From a virus (lineage: Duplodnaviria > Caudoviricetes), in IMG/VR virus record IMGVR_UViG_3300044993_000054, positions 1 to 57,914 of that record: a stretch of DNA of 57,914 bases. One strand, written 5' to 3'. This document shows, piece after piece, positions 8,638 through 18,082 of the stretch (position 1 is the first letter of the stretch; each line of letters begins with the position of its first letter). Under the pieces are notes generated by a model. It was given only the letters and a program-made list of their open reading frames with translations, made no database searches and was not told the DNA's origin. The position numbers and the translations under genes were made by a program.

Positions 8638-8975
8638 CAGTGAAGTCCTCCATTAGGGTTGCCCCCGAACAGTCTGGCCAGAGTTTCTGCAAGCCCATAA
8701 GGACGCCGACACCCAATGCGTACGAAGGCCAAACCGTGCTCCTTCAGATACTCCACATCAACTTCACAGGAATCATTTTCAGTAAGCCCGAGGCACTGCC
8801 TCAACAGCGCCATTTGAGCCTCTTCCTTCTTGTAGGTAGACACGATAACCGCTTCAGCCTGTTCCTTTATCGCTTGAAGTTGCTTTTCAACCAATTCTTG
8901 GTTGGCCACCATCTCGCGGACAACCTGAAGGGCAGAACCTTCCAGCTTTAAGGTCTTTGTCATGTTGTACTCCAT
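8637..8975 (-). CDS. Hypothetical coiled-coil protein
   Basis: 112-aa ORF after a promoter-like site; GAAATGGAG leader. Confidence 0.6.
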   Translation of the reverse strand: MEYNMTKTLKLEGSALQVVREMVANQELVEKQLQAIKEQAEAVIVSTYKKEEAQMALLRQCLGLTENDSCEVDVEYLKEHGLAFVRIGCRRPYGLAETLARLFGGNPNGGLH

Positions 8976-8979
8976 TTCT

Positions 8980-9033
8980 CCGGGGATACCTCCCGGATTT
9001 AGGACATTATCCCCGGGAATGTGCGAGGGTCAA
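8980..9033 (-). promoter_or_regulatory. Putative promoter (TTGACC...GATAAT) with two boxes in opposite orientations
   Basis: ccggggatac at 8980, ttatccccgg at 9007, ggtcaa at 9028-9033. Confidence 0.55.
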
Positions 9034-9053
9034 TCCCGATGCTTTGTCGAGAA

Positions 9054-11399
9054 TCAGAACGGGTCCCGACCTTCCTCAATTTCATCAGACGGCCAAGGGT
9101 AAGGTCCACCAAATCGGTCATCCCAATACGCTCGACAAGCTGAAAGAGTAGGCAATTCGTAGTACCAGGCTTTGATTCGCTTGTGAGCCTGATGACCGTA
9201 TGCGTCCTGGTAGCAAATTTCAGCCCAACGTTGAAAAGGTCTTGGGCGTCCTGGTGGCATCACTCTCTTCAGAAACTTGCCCAAAGCGGTTGCGTTAGCG
9301 CGACGCATGATCTTCTGCTGCTCACACCAATAAAGGTAGTCAGTCTGAAGATCGGATTTCAAGACTTCTACGGGCCAACCTTCGATGTTCCGACAAAGTC
9401 TGCCGTCCATGAGTTTCTCGAACCACCACTGCTCCTCATGACTCATGGACATCAACTTCTGTTCCTGTAGTGCCTCGGTCTTTGGGAACTGTCGCACATC
9501 GAACTCGCTGATGTCGCGGGTCATGAGCATATGTAGAAGTGCCTCCCGACCTCCCTGATCAAGCTCCTCCCGAATAGCCCTGAAGTAAGCCGCATTTTGG
9601 ATATTGGTGTCGCCCACGTCCAGAACGAAGTAACGGCGCTCATCCGCTCCGGCAGGAACTACCCAATCGCTGTTGGAAGCCATTAGGAGATGAACGAAGT
9701 TAGGGGAGGCTTCAGCGTCCACGCCCTTACCTTCAATCATGATCGTCTCCTCGGTCACAAGACCCTTCAGAATAGCTTCGTGCTTCTTGTCACCTGCGTA
9801 GAATGCTTCATCAGCGAACAGCACAACACAGTCTCGAAGATGAGCATTGAATGAACCGACCAAATGCTTGCTATCTGTGATTTGAAGGAAATGCCGCCCC
9901 CAAAGCGAGCCAAAGCCCTTCACAAACACGCCCTTGCCGGTACCCATCCGCCCGCGAAGGACCACCGCCACCTCGCCAGGAGTGTCTGGTTTCTGGACAC
10001 AGCGGGCCATCCAGTTGAGCAGATAATCGTTGTATACGGGGTTGCCCGAACAGATGTTGTCTCTTATGTGGGCTAAGAACTTTTCGCATTTCCCAGGGCG
10101 AGCTTCGCAAGCGAAGCCCTTCCAAAGATTGTATGCGTCCTTGACTTCTCGCCCGGGAGCGAAGACAATTGTTCGGTACTGTCTCCGGTGTCGGTTCTGG
10201 AGCCACCACTTGCCCAGAGGCATCGTGATTTCCTTACCGTCCTTGTCTCGGCCCACAACCACGTCCCGGTGCATGTAGCGGTTGCGGAAGTCCTCGAAGC
10301 TCTGGCGACTGATCCTGGTCCTCTGTAAGGCGTGATCCATGACCTCGCTGATCACACGGCACTTCCCGCCTATGTCTTCGATCACAGCATGATCTTCGTT
10401 AAGCTGACGTAGGTTGGGATCAATCGCCTCCTCTCGCGCACGCTGAATCTGTCGCGCTGCGTACTGCTGGGGACGGGGCTGATCCAGGACGTGGACACTG
10501 ATCCCATAATCCGGGTCAAGGATGACCGCCGCGATTTGATCGTCAGTACAACCAGCCCGAACCAACTCGCAAAGGACGGCAAACAGTGCTTCAGAGCGTG
10601 AAGGGTATCTGGTTGGGTCATCCGGGTCATCTCCCTGAACAATGAGCTGCTTTGTCCGGGAAGTAACCGCCTCGGGGAGCTCATCCAGACTTTCAAGGCG
10701 CGGAAGATTACCAGACAACTTAACAGCAGGACCAGAACCATCCGGGACCTGAACACGGGGCGCAGGAGTAAACTGACGGAGCGAATAGATGAGGGACCAG
10801 TCAGCCTCTACCACACGCGCAAGGGAAGGCTTTCTGCCTTTCTTGCGCTTCTTTTCGCCCGGGATGTTCACGGTTCCGGGAAGGCGCATGATCCGGTCAA
10901 TGTTATGACATGCGTCCGCCTGAAGGAGGATTTCAACCTGTAGGTTGTATGCCTCAAGCTCCTCCGCTCGCTCCTCATTCCCGTCCGTACGATGCTCCTG
11001 ATCCAGAACCCAGAAACCTTGAAAGCCTCCGCCGCTGTCAATGATGACGGTAGGCTTAGGCTTAAACTCTCGAAGCAGCTTCAGTGCCCGCTCCCGCTCA
11101 ATCTCCAGCGGTTCTCCCGGGCGAGGGTCCACGTCTACGTGGATGGCTGCCATGCCCCGGATGTCAGTTTTCTTCGCCTTAGACTGGATTGGACGAATCA
11201 CCGGGTTAACTGTGAAATACACGTTCTGCTTTCCCTGTCGCTCCTCAATCCAGCCTCGCATCTCCTCTACCTGACTTGCGGTAAAGGTCTGTGTGGTCGT
11301 CTTACCTCCATCCGGGAGGATGGAAGTTAGCACCCAAGGTCCGTTCTTCGACCAAGCGAGAAGGAACTCAATCGCGTCAGCGGTTGAACCCTTGATCAT
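9054..11399 (-). CDS. Primase-helicase (RepB/AEP-like primase plus SF3/D5-like helicase)
   Basis: HVDVD, SGGGFQGFW and RIMRLPGTVN primase motifs; Walker A GRMGTGKG, Walker B FADE, ASN, ERRYFV. Confidence 0.85.
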   Translation of the reverse strand: MIKGSTADAIEFLLAWSKNGPWVLTSILPDGGKTTTQTFTASQVEEMRGWIEERQGKQNVYFTVNPVIRPIQSKAKKTDIRGMAAIHVDVDPRPGEPLEIERERALKLLREFKPKPTVIIDSGGGFQGFWVLDQEHRTDGNEERAEELEAYNLQVEILLQADACHNIDRIMRLPGTVNIPGEKKRKKGRKPSLARVVEADWSLIYSLRQFTPAPRVQVPDGSGPAVKLSGNLPRLESLDELPEAVTSRTKQLIVQGDDPDDPTRYPSRSEALFAVLCELVRAGCTDDQIAAVILDPDYGISVHVLDQPRPQQYAARQIQRAREEAIDPNLRQLNEDHAVIEDIGGKCRVISEVMDHALQRTRISRQSFEDFRNRYMHRDVVVGRDKDGKEITMPLGKWWLQNRHRRQYRTIVFAPGREVKDAYNLWKGFACEARPGKCEKFLAHIRDNICSGNPVYNDYLLNWMARCVQKPDTPGEVAVVLRGRMGTGKGVFVKGFGSLWGRHFLQITDSKHLVGSFNAHLRDCVVLFADEAFYAGDKKHEAILKGLVTEETIMIEGKGVDAEASPNFVHLLMASNSDWVVPAGADERRYFVLDVGDTNIQNAAYFRAIREELDQGGREALLHMLMTRDISEFDVRQFPKTEALQEQKLMSMSHEEQWWFEKLMDGRLCRNIEGWPVEVLKSDLQTDYLYWCEQQKIMRRANATALGKFLKRVMPPGRPRPFQRWAEICYQDAYGHQAHKRIKAWYYELPTLSACRAYWDDRFGGPYPWPSDEIEEGRDPF

Positions 11400-11818
11400 T
11401 TGTCTTCTCTCCTTAGCCAGGGGATTAGGTCCTCTGGTTTATGAGTAACGGCGATTGCGGCTGCTCGCAGCTCTGCTTCCGCTGGTGGTTCTAGCCTCGC
11501 CTCCGACCACAGCTGGGCAACGGTATGTCCCCGAAACAGAAGCCATTCCCTGCCCACGCGGAGGCAGAGAAATGCGCGACCTCCGCAGTGATCCCGCCGG
11601 GCTAGGAAAGTCCGTTGTTCGGGAGTGGGTGGATGGTTCAGCCGAAGCGGTCCCCCCTTGGGAGGCCAGCGGTCTGCGTGTTTAAGCTCCATCCAGCCCT
11701 CGATGTAATTGACGTCAGGGGTACCAGGCAAAGCTGGGTTCTCCACCCGTACCGGGTCCATGCGAGCCTTTGAAAGAATAGGTCGGAGAACCTCCCACAT
11801 CTGTTTTTCATCAGGCAT
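11396..11818 (-). CDS. VRR-NUC/PD-(D/E)xK nuclease (Holliday junction resolvase-like)
   Basis: RVEN...GTPDV....WMELK...PEQRTF...GG motifs. Confidence 0.75.
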   Translation of the reverse strand: MPDEKQMWEVLRPILSKARMDPVRVENPALPGTPDVNYIEGWMELKHADRWPPKGGPLRLNHPPTPEQRTFLARRDHCGGRAFLCLRVGREWLLFRGHTVAQLWSEARLEPPAEAELRAAAIAVTHKPEDLIPWLRREDK

Positions 11819-12153
11819 TAGACGCTCCTGGAAAGGGAGTTGGCGCGGACCTCAAGACGGTTCAACCGCTCCAGCTCCTCCCAGGCCGCTGCCTCCATGT
11901 TGATCCCGGAAGCGGAGCAGAGTGCCGCAAGGGTGACTGCGACGCCCCCGACCTCTCGCTTGGGCTCACCCACTGGCCTGCTGAACACGTGGTCCACTAG
12001 TCTCTGGGCGTCCTCCCGCGAGCCACCCATGGCCTGGAACAGCTCCAGCGCCTCCTCCATGAAGCGGCAGGAGCACTCGCCCACGTCATCCGCGACCTGG
12101 AGCCCAAAGCAGACCTTCAGCCACCGGCGGACGCGCACCTGAAACTCAAGCAT
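11818..12153 (-). CDS. Second MazG-like NTP pyrophosphohydrolase
   Basis: RFMEEALELFQA...EVGGVAVTL motif; start reassigned to MLEFQ. Confidence 0.7.
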   Translation of the reverse strand: MLEFQVRVRRWLKVCFGLQVADDVGECSCRFMEEALELFQAMGGSREDAQRLVDHVFSRPVGEPKREVGGVAVTLAALCSASGINMEAAAWEELERLNRLEVRANSLSRSV

Positions 12154-12553
12154 GACGCACCTCCACCCCACAGATGCGCAGGAACTCCGCTGCGCTGTCG
12201 CACATTGCTTGCACGTCCGGGTCATCTCTCCATGGTTCCCCCGGACAGACCAGGGTGCGGACGCCCGCCACTGCGATGAGCTTAGCACACTCCGGGCAGG
12301 GGTGATGGGTGACGTACATCGTGGCCCCCTCCGCCGCGAGCCCAGCGCGCAGGAGCGCCACAGCCTCCGCGTGGACCACAGCCCGATACTTCTTTGGTCG
12401 GTCTTGCCACCAGTCCTCGGGAACGCCGCGAGGGAAATGGTTGTGGCCTGTAGCCACTAACTCTCCATCCCGGAAAAGGGCAGCCCCTACCTTGGTTGAT
12501 GGGTCCTTGCTGTTTAGCGCAGCATTCCACGCCCATTCCATTCCATTGTTCAT
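12146..12553 (-). CDS. dCMP deaminase
   Basis: SKDPSTKVGA, HAE and PCPEC zinc-binding motifs. Confidence 0.92.
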   Translation of the reverse strand: MNNGMEWAWNAALNSKDPSTKVGAALFRDGELVATGHNHFPRGVPEDWWQDRPKKYRAVVHAEAVALLRAGLAAEGATMYVTHHPCPECAKLIAVAGVRTLVCPGEPWRDDPDVQAMCDSAAEFLRICGVEVRHA

Positions 12554-12628
12554 ATTGTTTCCATTTCTGGCTCTAACGGAGCCCCCAGCATAGTCCTCCA
12601 TTCCCCACACGAAAAGAAAAGAGACGTG

Positions 12629-14692
12629 TCATTCAGCTTCGCCCCAGCTCGGTCCAACCTCCACGTCCACACGAGAAGGAACGTGCATTGAAACCACGTT
12701 GATCATGATTTGCGCCGCCTCCTCCGCCTCTTTCCGCGAGGTCACAGTTAAGTCCACCTCATCATGAACCTGGATCTGGATCGGAAAGCCTGCCGCCTCC
12801 AGCGCAACAACAGCCATCTTGGTCTGGTCTGCTGATGAGCCCTGGATGAGGCGGTTGAAAGCCTTGTGAGTCCAGTCATAAACCCCTTCCTCCAAGAGCG
12901 GAAAGCGGCACCGGCGTCCAGATAAGGTTCTGATAAAACCTTTCTTTTCCGCAAGCCCAGCGCAATATTGGGCCATTTTTCGGATGAAAGGGACCTCCCT
13001 ATCAAACTTGTCCATGAGCGCCTGACCTTCTGCGCCCGCAACTTCCCAAATCTTTACTCTATACCCCGCAAAACGACCAGCCTCTGCCTTGATTCTTGCT
13101 GCTTCATAGGTTTCAAAGTCCTTGAACTTCCGCACCCGGCCTTCGGTCCACTGGATCCTCCAGGCCGTGGGCAACCCAAGGTCGCGGCAGAGCTTGGCCC
13201 CACCCATTCCGTAACTCAAGCCTAGATAGATGTTTTTACAGTATTTGCGAAGTTGTTTGAACCGCTTTTCTCCTTCACGTTCAAGAACGTCCTCCCCGTG
13301 AACCATTCGCGTCATCATGTCGTGAAAGTCTGTTTTGGGGTCCTCGCGGTACCGGCGAGCTGCCTCCAAGGCGGCACGATGAGCATCTTCCCCGATGAAC
13401 CGAGGACCTGCTTCAACTGCAAAGTGAACCGCCTGTCTGGGCTCCTGTTGACTATAGTCTAGGGACGCCCACAAACCGCCTTCATCCGGCAGATAGATAG
13501 AACGCCACATGGGCCCAATTTCAGGGTCCCGGGCAGGCTGGTTCTGGAGATTTGGGTTGGCAGCAGAAAGTCTCCCGAAAGCCGCGCCTTCTGTGTCGTT
13601 ACTCCCATCATCCTTCTGCCGCCGAAGCTGGTTGAACGTGCAGTGGATACGACCATTGGTTAGATGACTCCGCACCCCGTCGCAAAAGGTTGTGCGTAAG
13701 GTACTCATCTTCTTCGCCCTCCGAAGATGCTCCCCCACAGGGTGATGAATGCTGTCTAGTACCGCAGACGTTACGCTGTCTTTTCCAGTTGCGGTCTTAG
13801 GAAGATCCACCCCGAGGTCTTTCAAAACTTCAGCCAACACCGCCGTCTTAGTGATGTCGCTGAAGTCTAGACGGCGCTTGATGAAGTGGTTGGCTGCATC
13901 AATTGCCTTTTGTTGTTCTTCCCGAGCCCAGGCCTCAACCTTCTCTAGACGCTCCATCGAGACAGCCACGCCCCTCCGGCGCATCTTCACTAGCACAGGC
14001 AACAATCGGCTTTCCAAGTCGTAGACTTCCCACAACTCCTGGTCATCAATCTCGCGTTCCTGTTTTCTGAGAACGTTGAGAGGGAGACGGGCATCATGTT
14101 CAGCGTAGGGTCCAACGTACTTAGAAGGGAGGGCCCAAATACCAGATTTGGCGGAACGTCCCTTGTAGCCGTAAGCTGCGAGGGCTTCCATGAGTAAGGT
14201 CTCATCCTTCCCGGGGAGATGGTATCGCTGAGCAATGCTCTGGAGACTATAGCTGTCATGAAGCTCATTGATGAGCGGGTCTGCAACCTGAACGTCCCTA
14301 AACCATTGGACGTTCTTGAACTCCACCTGCTCCTCAGCAAGAAAGTCTAGGTCATAACCCAGATTGGCCCCGCAAAGGACGCCCGTGAAGTTTTTGGCCA
14401 TACACCGAAGGTAGCGCATCACCTGTTGAGGGTCCAGGTTCCCTCCCCCATCATGTCGGATGGGGAGGTAAAAGGCTGGACCGTCTTCAATAGCGAAGGA
14501 CACCCCTACGATGTAGGCTCCGCGCCGCACTCCAGGTCCAAGTGTTTTGAGCTCATCGTCCCGGGTCTCAGTGTCAATACTTACCCGCCCCGATCCCCAG
14601 CTAGTGGGAAGATCGGACATAGAGGGCGGTACCCAGGAGCTATCAGGCTCAAACAGTGGAAGCTGTGTGGGCAAGTTGAGCCTCCAGAGCAA
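12629..14692 (-). CDS. polA: Family A DNA polymerase with 3'-5' exonuclease domain
   Basis: Exo DTET; GRLSAANPNLQNQP; motif A DYSQQEPR; motif B RKYCKNIYLGLSYGMG; IQGSSAD; motif C QVHDE. Confidence 0.95.
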   Translation of the reverse strand: MLWRLNLPTQLPLFEPDSSWVPPSMSDLPTSWGSGRVSIDTETRDDELKTLGPGVRRGAYIVGVSFAIEDGPAFYLPIRHDGGGNLDPQQVMRYLRCMAKNFTGVLCGANLGYDLDFLAEEQVEFKNVQWFRDVQVADPLINELHDSYSLQSIAQRYHLPGKDETLLMEALAAYGYKGRSAKSGIWALPSKYVGPYAEHDARLPLNVLRKQEREIDDQELWEVYDLESRLLPVLVKMRRRGVAVSMERLEKVEAWAREEQQKAIDAANHFIKRRLDFSDITKTAVLAEVLKDLGVDLPKTATGKDSVTSAVLDSIHHPVGEHLRRAKKMSTLRTTFCDGVRSHLTNGRIHCTFNQLRRQKDDGSNDTEGAAFGRLSAANPNLQNQPARDPEIGPMWRSIYLPDEGGLWASLDYSQQEPRQAVHFAVEAGPRFIGEDAHRAALEAARRYREDPKTDFHDMMTRMVHGEDVLEREGEKRFKQLRKYCKNIYLGLSYGMGGAKLCRDLGLPTAWRIQWTEGRVRKFKDFETYEAARIKAEAGRFAGYRVKIWEVAGAEGQALMDKFDREVPFIRKMAQYCAGLAEKKGFIRTLSGRRCRFPLLEEGVYDWTHKAFNRLIQGSSADQTKMAVVALEAAGFPIQIQVHDEVDLTVTSRKEAEEAAQIMINVVSMHVPSRVDVEVGPSWGEAE

Positions 14693-14930
14693 GAACCTCA
14701 GCAGTCATGTTTGCCTTTACCTTTTCCACAGCATAACGAACTGTTGTGCGGTCACGGTGGAAGGCCCGGCCAACCTCGCTCCAGCTTCGTGTACCCCCAT
14801 GATATAAGTACATTGCGACTTGTCGCGCCCAGGCAAGTTTCTTAATGCCCCGAGAAGGAGCGAGGATGGATGCTCGATTCACCCCCATTTCCTTTTCAAC
14901 CGCATCCAATACCGCTTCAATGGAATTCAT
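14649..14930 (-). CDS. Stand-alone DnaA domain IV (C-terminal HTH)-like protein
   Basis: SR...LAWARQVAMYL...SWSEVGRAFHRDRTTVRYAVEKV matches the DnaA-C signature (RQ.AMYL, GRDHTTV). Confidence 0.8.
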   Translation of the reverse strand: MNSIEAVLDAVEKEMGVNRASILAPSRGIKKLAWARQVAMYLYHGGTRSWSEVGRAFHRDRTTVRYAVEKVKANMTAEVLALEAQLAHTASTV

Positions 14931-15334
14931 GCGTCCTCCTCAGTATATCCAAAGGGAGCCGGATGGCCAGTATTGTCGCGATGAACCCCCGCCCCTTTCC
15001 CCCGAGCCCGCATCTCGCTTTCCACTAACAGGAGATACCGGCGAAGGTCCCGGATGTCATCAATAATTCCTTCCGCTCTTTGATCGTTGGCGATAGCTCC
15101 GAAGATGTCCCATGGGATAACGGGCCGACAATGACTTGCAACATTAGCCAACGCGGGGTTGTCCTCGCGGGGCTTCAGCGCCGTCTCCAGCCGGTCCCAT
15201 TTCCGGGCCAGCATCATGAAGGCTCCTACCCCTCCCCGACGCTTCCAGCTGGAGCCGTACTGGAGCTCAGCTCGCTGCAGACCTTCTACATCTTCCAGCG
15301 CAACTTCCTTAAGGTGAGTCATATGATCCGTCAT
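14927..15334 (-). CDS. Nucleotide-modification-associated helical protein (Nmad1/DUF1599-like)
   Basis: YGSSW...ARKWDRLE...DDIRDLRRYLLL motif; located in the modification cluster. Confidence 0.6.
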   Translation of the reverse strand: MTDHMTHLKEVALEDVEGLQRAELQYGSSWKRRGGVGAFMMLARKWDRLETALKPREDNPALANVASHCRPVIPWDIFGAIANDQRAEGIIDDIRDLRRYLLLVESEMRARGKGAGVHRDNTGHPAPFGYTEEDA

Positions 15335-15336
15335 GT

Positions 15337-15507
15337 TTACTTTGCTCCTTCATCCTTGATAGCCTGTTCCAAAGCCTGAACCTCTGCCAGAGCCTGATTG
15401 TAAAGGACCTGGACCAGCTGTCCCTCAACTGCATGACGGTTTACCCGTTCTTGCGCTGCTTGGAGCTTGAGCTTCAGAACCTCCAGCCTGGTAGCTTCTT
15501 CCTTCAT
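15337..15507 (-). CDS. Small coiled-coil hypothetical protein (MKEEATRLEV...)
   Basis: 56-aa ORF read manually; AAGGAGG RBS, ATGA overlap. Confidence 0.55.
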   Translation of the reverse strand: MKEEATRLEVLKLKLQAAQERVNRHAVEGQLVQVLYNQALAEVQALEQAIKDEGAK

Positions 15508-16037
15508 TCCAGCACCTCCTTGTGCCTCCGCCAGCCTTCCTTTCGGAACTCTTCAATGATTTCTGAGATTTCAGGAGGTATAGAACCATCTGCCTCTGCC
15601 GCCTCAAACATCTTGTCCAACTCCTCGCGGACGCCCAACACCATGCGATTGCCCATGGCCTCCTCCTCCCAGGTCCACAACCAGAGCTCAAGCCGGTCTG
15701 CTGCCTTGAACCTTGCGAAGTCCTTCCCGGACAGAGCGTGTTCGCTCGGAAGGGCAAGAAAGGCGCTGATTCGCCGATCTTCCTCAGCCAGGGCTTTCCT
15801 GGCCTCCGGTTGTCTCACAATCACTTGAGCTGGCCAGTCCCCAGTCCAGCGTTCGGGGACGTCATGAAACAAGGCAAAGTCCACCAGGTGAGGTTCCCCC
15901 GGCCAGATGAGTCGGAGAAGGCAGCAGACGCCCCAGGTATGGGCTGCGATGGAATAGGGTCGGAGGTGAGGAATCACGTGTGCCCGCTCTACCATGCCTG
16001 CCTCACGGACGCCCCGAATGCGATCAGTTAGCTTCAT
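15504..16037 (-). CDS. HD-domain 5'-deoxynucleotidase-like protein
   Basis: R.H...SIAAHTWGV, ALFHDVPE..TGD, KAADRLE (YfbR-like). Confidence 0.8.
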   Translation of the reverse strand: MKLTDRIRGVREAGMVERAHVIPHLRPYSIAAHTWGVCCLLRLIWPGEPHLVDFALFHDVPERWTGDWPAQVIVRQPEARKALAEEDRRISAFLALPSEHALSGKDFARFKAADRLELWLWTWEEEAMGNRMVLGVREELDKMFEAAEADGSIPPEISEIIEEFRKEGWRRHKEVLE

Positions 16038-17050
16038 GTTTCGCCCTTCCGTTTGCGATCATCTCGATTGTCCAGCCAGACTTCCGCCCCCGCTCGCCAG
16101 TCACAACCTTCAGGCATCTGCTGAATGATCTCTCTGGCTGCCGCCGTCCCTTCCTTGCGCCAAGCCCTGTGAGCCATGACCATTGGACAGGCCACCCTGC
16201 GAAGGAAGCGGGAACGGATACCAACCCGAGAAGGTTCCTCCAGAAAGATGATCAGGTCCTCCTCCCATTCCTTAAGGTTAAAGGAGTTATTCCACATCGG
16301 AACGGGAAAGACTGCGCCAGCGGTGTAAGGGTCCAGCATGGTTTCTCCCTCTTCCCAACTAAGAGCCGCCTTCTCCATAGTTGTCAAGTATCCGTGAAAG
16401 TTGTTGCTCACTTGATAATAGCGCCCCACAGGAATACCAATGGCCGCCGCGAGAAACTCCTGGAGCACGCTAAAATGAACTGCGTTGGCCCCGTAGGCAC
16501 CCCAAATCATATCGTTGGAACGATTGAACACTGTAAGGTCCAGTTTTCCCTCAGGTGACACCGCCGGGAGAGCCATAAGGTTGCAGGGTATGTCTCTCCC
16601 ACCGTAGTCTGCCGCGTCCTGATCCTTTCCAGCGTCATACATCTGGATAACCACACGGCGGTCATTGGGGTCCGCCTTCAAACGCTTGATTGCCCAAGCG
16701 AGCTGATCCCTGTTGAAATGTCGTCTCCAGCGATAGCCGTAGGCTCCGGGTTGAGTGTTACCCCCGTCATCGCTGAAGTTGACCATATTCTTGACGAAAG
16801 CGGTCAGCGGAGCGAGGTCATTACGCCCTGCAAGCATCCACAGGCTCTCATACAGGTGGAAGAACGGGTTGGCGTCCCGGCGGCGATCCAGCAGCACCCG
16901 CTCGGTGGGCTGCTCATAGACGGTGGTCACCGGGAAGGGAGCCCGGAGCACAGACCCGTTCCGGCTGTTTTGTTGAATGCCATGTTCCCGGAGAAGGCGA
17001 GCCCCTGCCCAGAAGGCATCGTTGACGTTACGCGCGCCGATGACAATCAT
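16034..17050 (-). CDS. Thymidylate synthase-family enzyme, probable dUMP hydroxymethylase
   Basis: AYGYRWR, DRRVVI, DIPCN (catalytic Cys), RSND..WG..AN, NFHGY; adjacent to 5hmdU-modifying genes. Confidence 0.85.
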   Translation of the reverse strand: MIVIGARNVNDAFWAGARLLREHGIQQNSRNGSVLRAPFPVTTVYEQPTERVLLDRRRDANPFFHLYESLWMLAGRNDLAPLTAFVKNMVNFSDDGGNTQPGAYGYRWRRHFNRDQLAWAIKRLKADPNDRRVVIQMYDAGKDQDAADYGGRDIPCNLMALPAVSPEGKLDLTVFNRSNDMIWGAYGANAVHFSVLQEFLAAAIGIPVGRYYQVSNNFHGYLTTMEKAALSWEEGETMLDPYTAGAVFPVPMWNNSFNLKEWEEDLIIFLEEPSRVGIRSRFLRRVACPMVMAHRAWRKEGTAAAREIIQQMPEGCDWRAGAEVWLDNRDDRKRKGET

Positions 17051-17062
17051 GGTCGTTCTCCC

Positions 17063-18082
17063 TCAATATCCACGCCCAGGAATGTAATGAGCGCGGGGCT
17101 TGCCTCCTCCCGAGAACGCCCGAAGATACTTGTCTGTTTCGCACAGGGCGTTCTGGATGTCGGACAGCTCTATACGGGGAACCCAGGGAGCCCTCCAGCG
17201 GTCCTGCTCTTCCCACAGAGCGCGCATCTCTGCCAGTCCTTCGGCCTGTTTTAGGGGATAATCTACGGGACGCCCCGCGAGCCGATTCAGTCCCCGCCGG
17301 GAGCCCGGCCCTATCGCAGCCCAGGTATTGATGTCAGGAGCCCAGCGGAGATAACGGGTGTGGCGAAGATCCACCACAACCTGATAGGCCATGAATGGCC
17401 CCCAACCAACATATCGCGGACGCTGGAACAGGCTCCAGACGCCCTCCAGCGTGGGCTGATCTCTCGCATCGAGAACAGGAAGCCAAACGCGGTTCCGGTC
17501 TTCCCAGAGCCGTCCAAGCACCACTCGAGCGATGTACTGCTGTTTAGTCCAGCTGTACCACTCCGCTTTCGGGTTACTCTCTGCCCGGATCATGTATGCT
17601 CCGGTGTACACCTTTTCGCCCCGGTTGCGCCAGAAGTCTAAGGCATCGCCCAGTGCCTCAGGGCTAAAGGCGAATTGAGCAAGGCCCTGTCCTCCATCGT
17701 TGGGCCAGGCGTTGAAGTTGCACTTCACCTCATGTCGATTCATTAGGTAGCGGAGAGTTTCCGGCCAGTTGATAGTCCGGGCGATGGCCAACATCATCCA
17801 GAGGTCCGGGTGATCCGAGAAAGGCTCACGGATGTTGCGCCGGATCCAGACGGTCACCCGGTCCAGCTCGCGGAACACGTTACAAAAGCGATACTGCGCA
17901 AGGATAGGGTCTGCCGTTAAAGGTCCATCAGATCGCATTGCGAGGTGATCCGGGTCGCAGTCCTCTAGGTCCGCGCCTTGCGGCACGTGAAGGTCATCCG
18001 GGTCCGCGCCCGCTCTCAATTCCTTGCGGATGTAGATGGCATGACGTTCATTGATCCAATACCAAAGCGGAGTGGGGTTCAT
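17063..18082 (-). CDS. aGPT-Pplase1 / 5hmdU DNA kinase helical-domain protein
   Basis: WINERHAI, YRFCNVFRELDRVT, YTGAYMI, GPFMAYQVVVDL, GPGSRRGL, NALCETDKY. Confidence 0.85.
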   Translation of the reverse strand: MNPTPLWYWINERHAIYIRKELRAGADPDDLHVPQGADLEDCDPDHLAMRSDGPLTADPILAQYRFCNVFRELDRVTVWIRRNIREPFSDHPDLWMMLAIARTINWPETLRYLMNRHEVKCNFNAWPNDGGQGLAQFAFSPEALGDALDFWRNRGEKVYTGAYMIRAESNPKAEWYSWTKQQYIARVVLGRLWEDRNRVWLPVLDARDQPTLEGVWSLFQRPRYVGWGPFMAYQVVVDLRHTRYLRWAPDINTWAAIGPGSRRGLNRLAGRPVDYPLKQAEGLAEMRALWEEQDRWRAPWVPRIELSDIQNALCETDKYLRAFSGGGKPRAHYIPGRGY

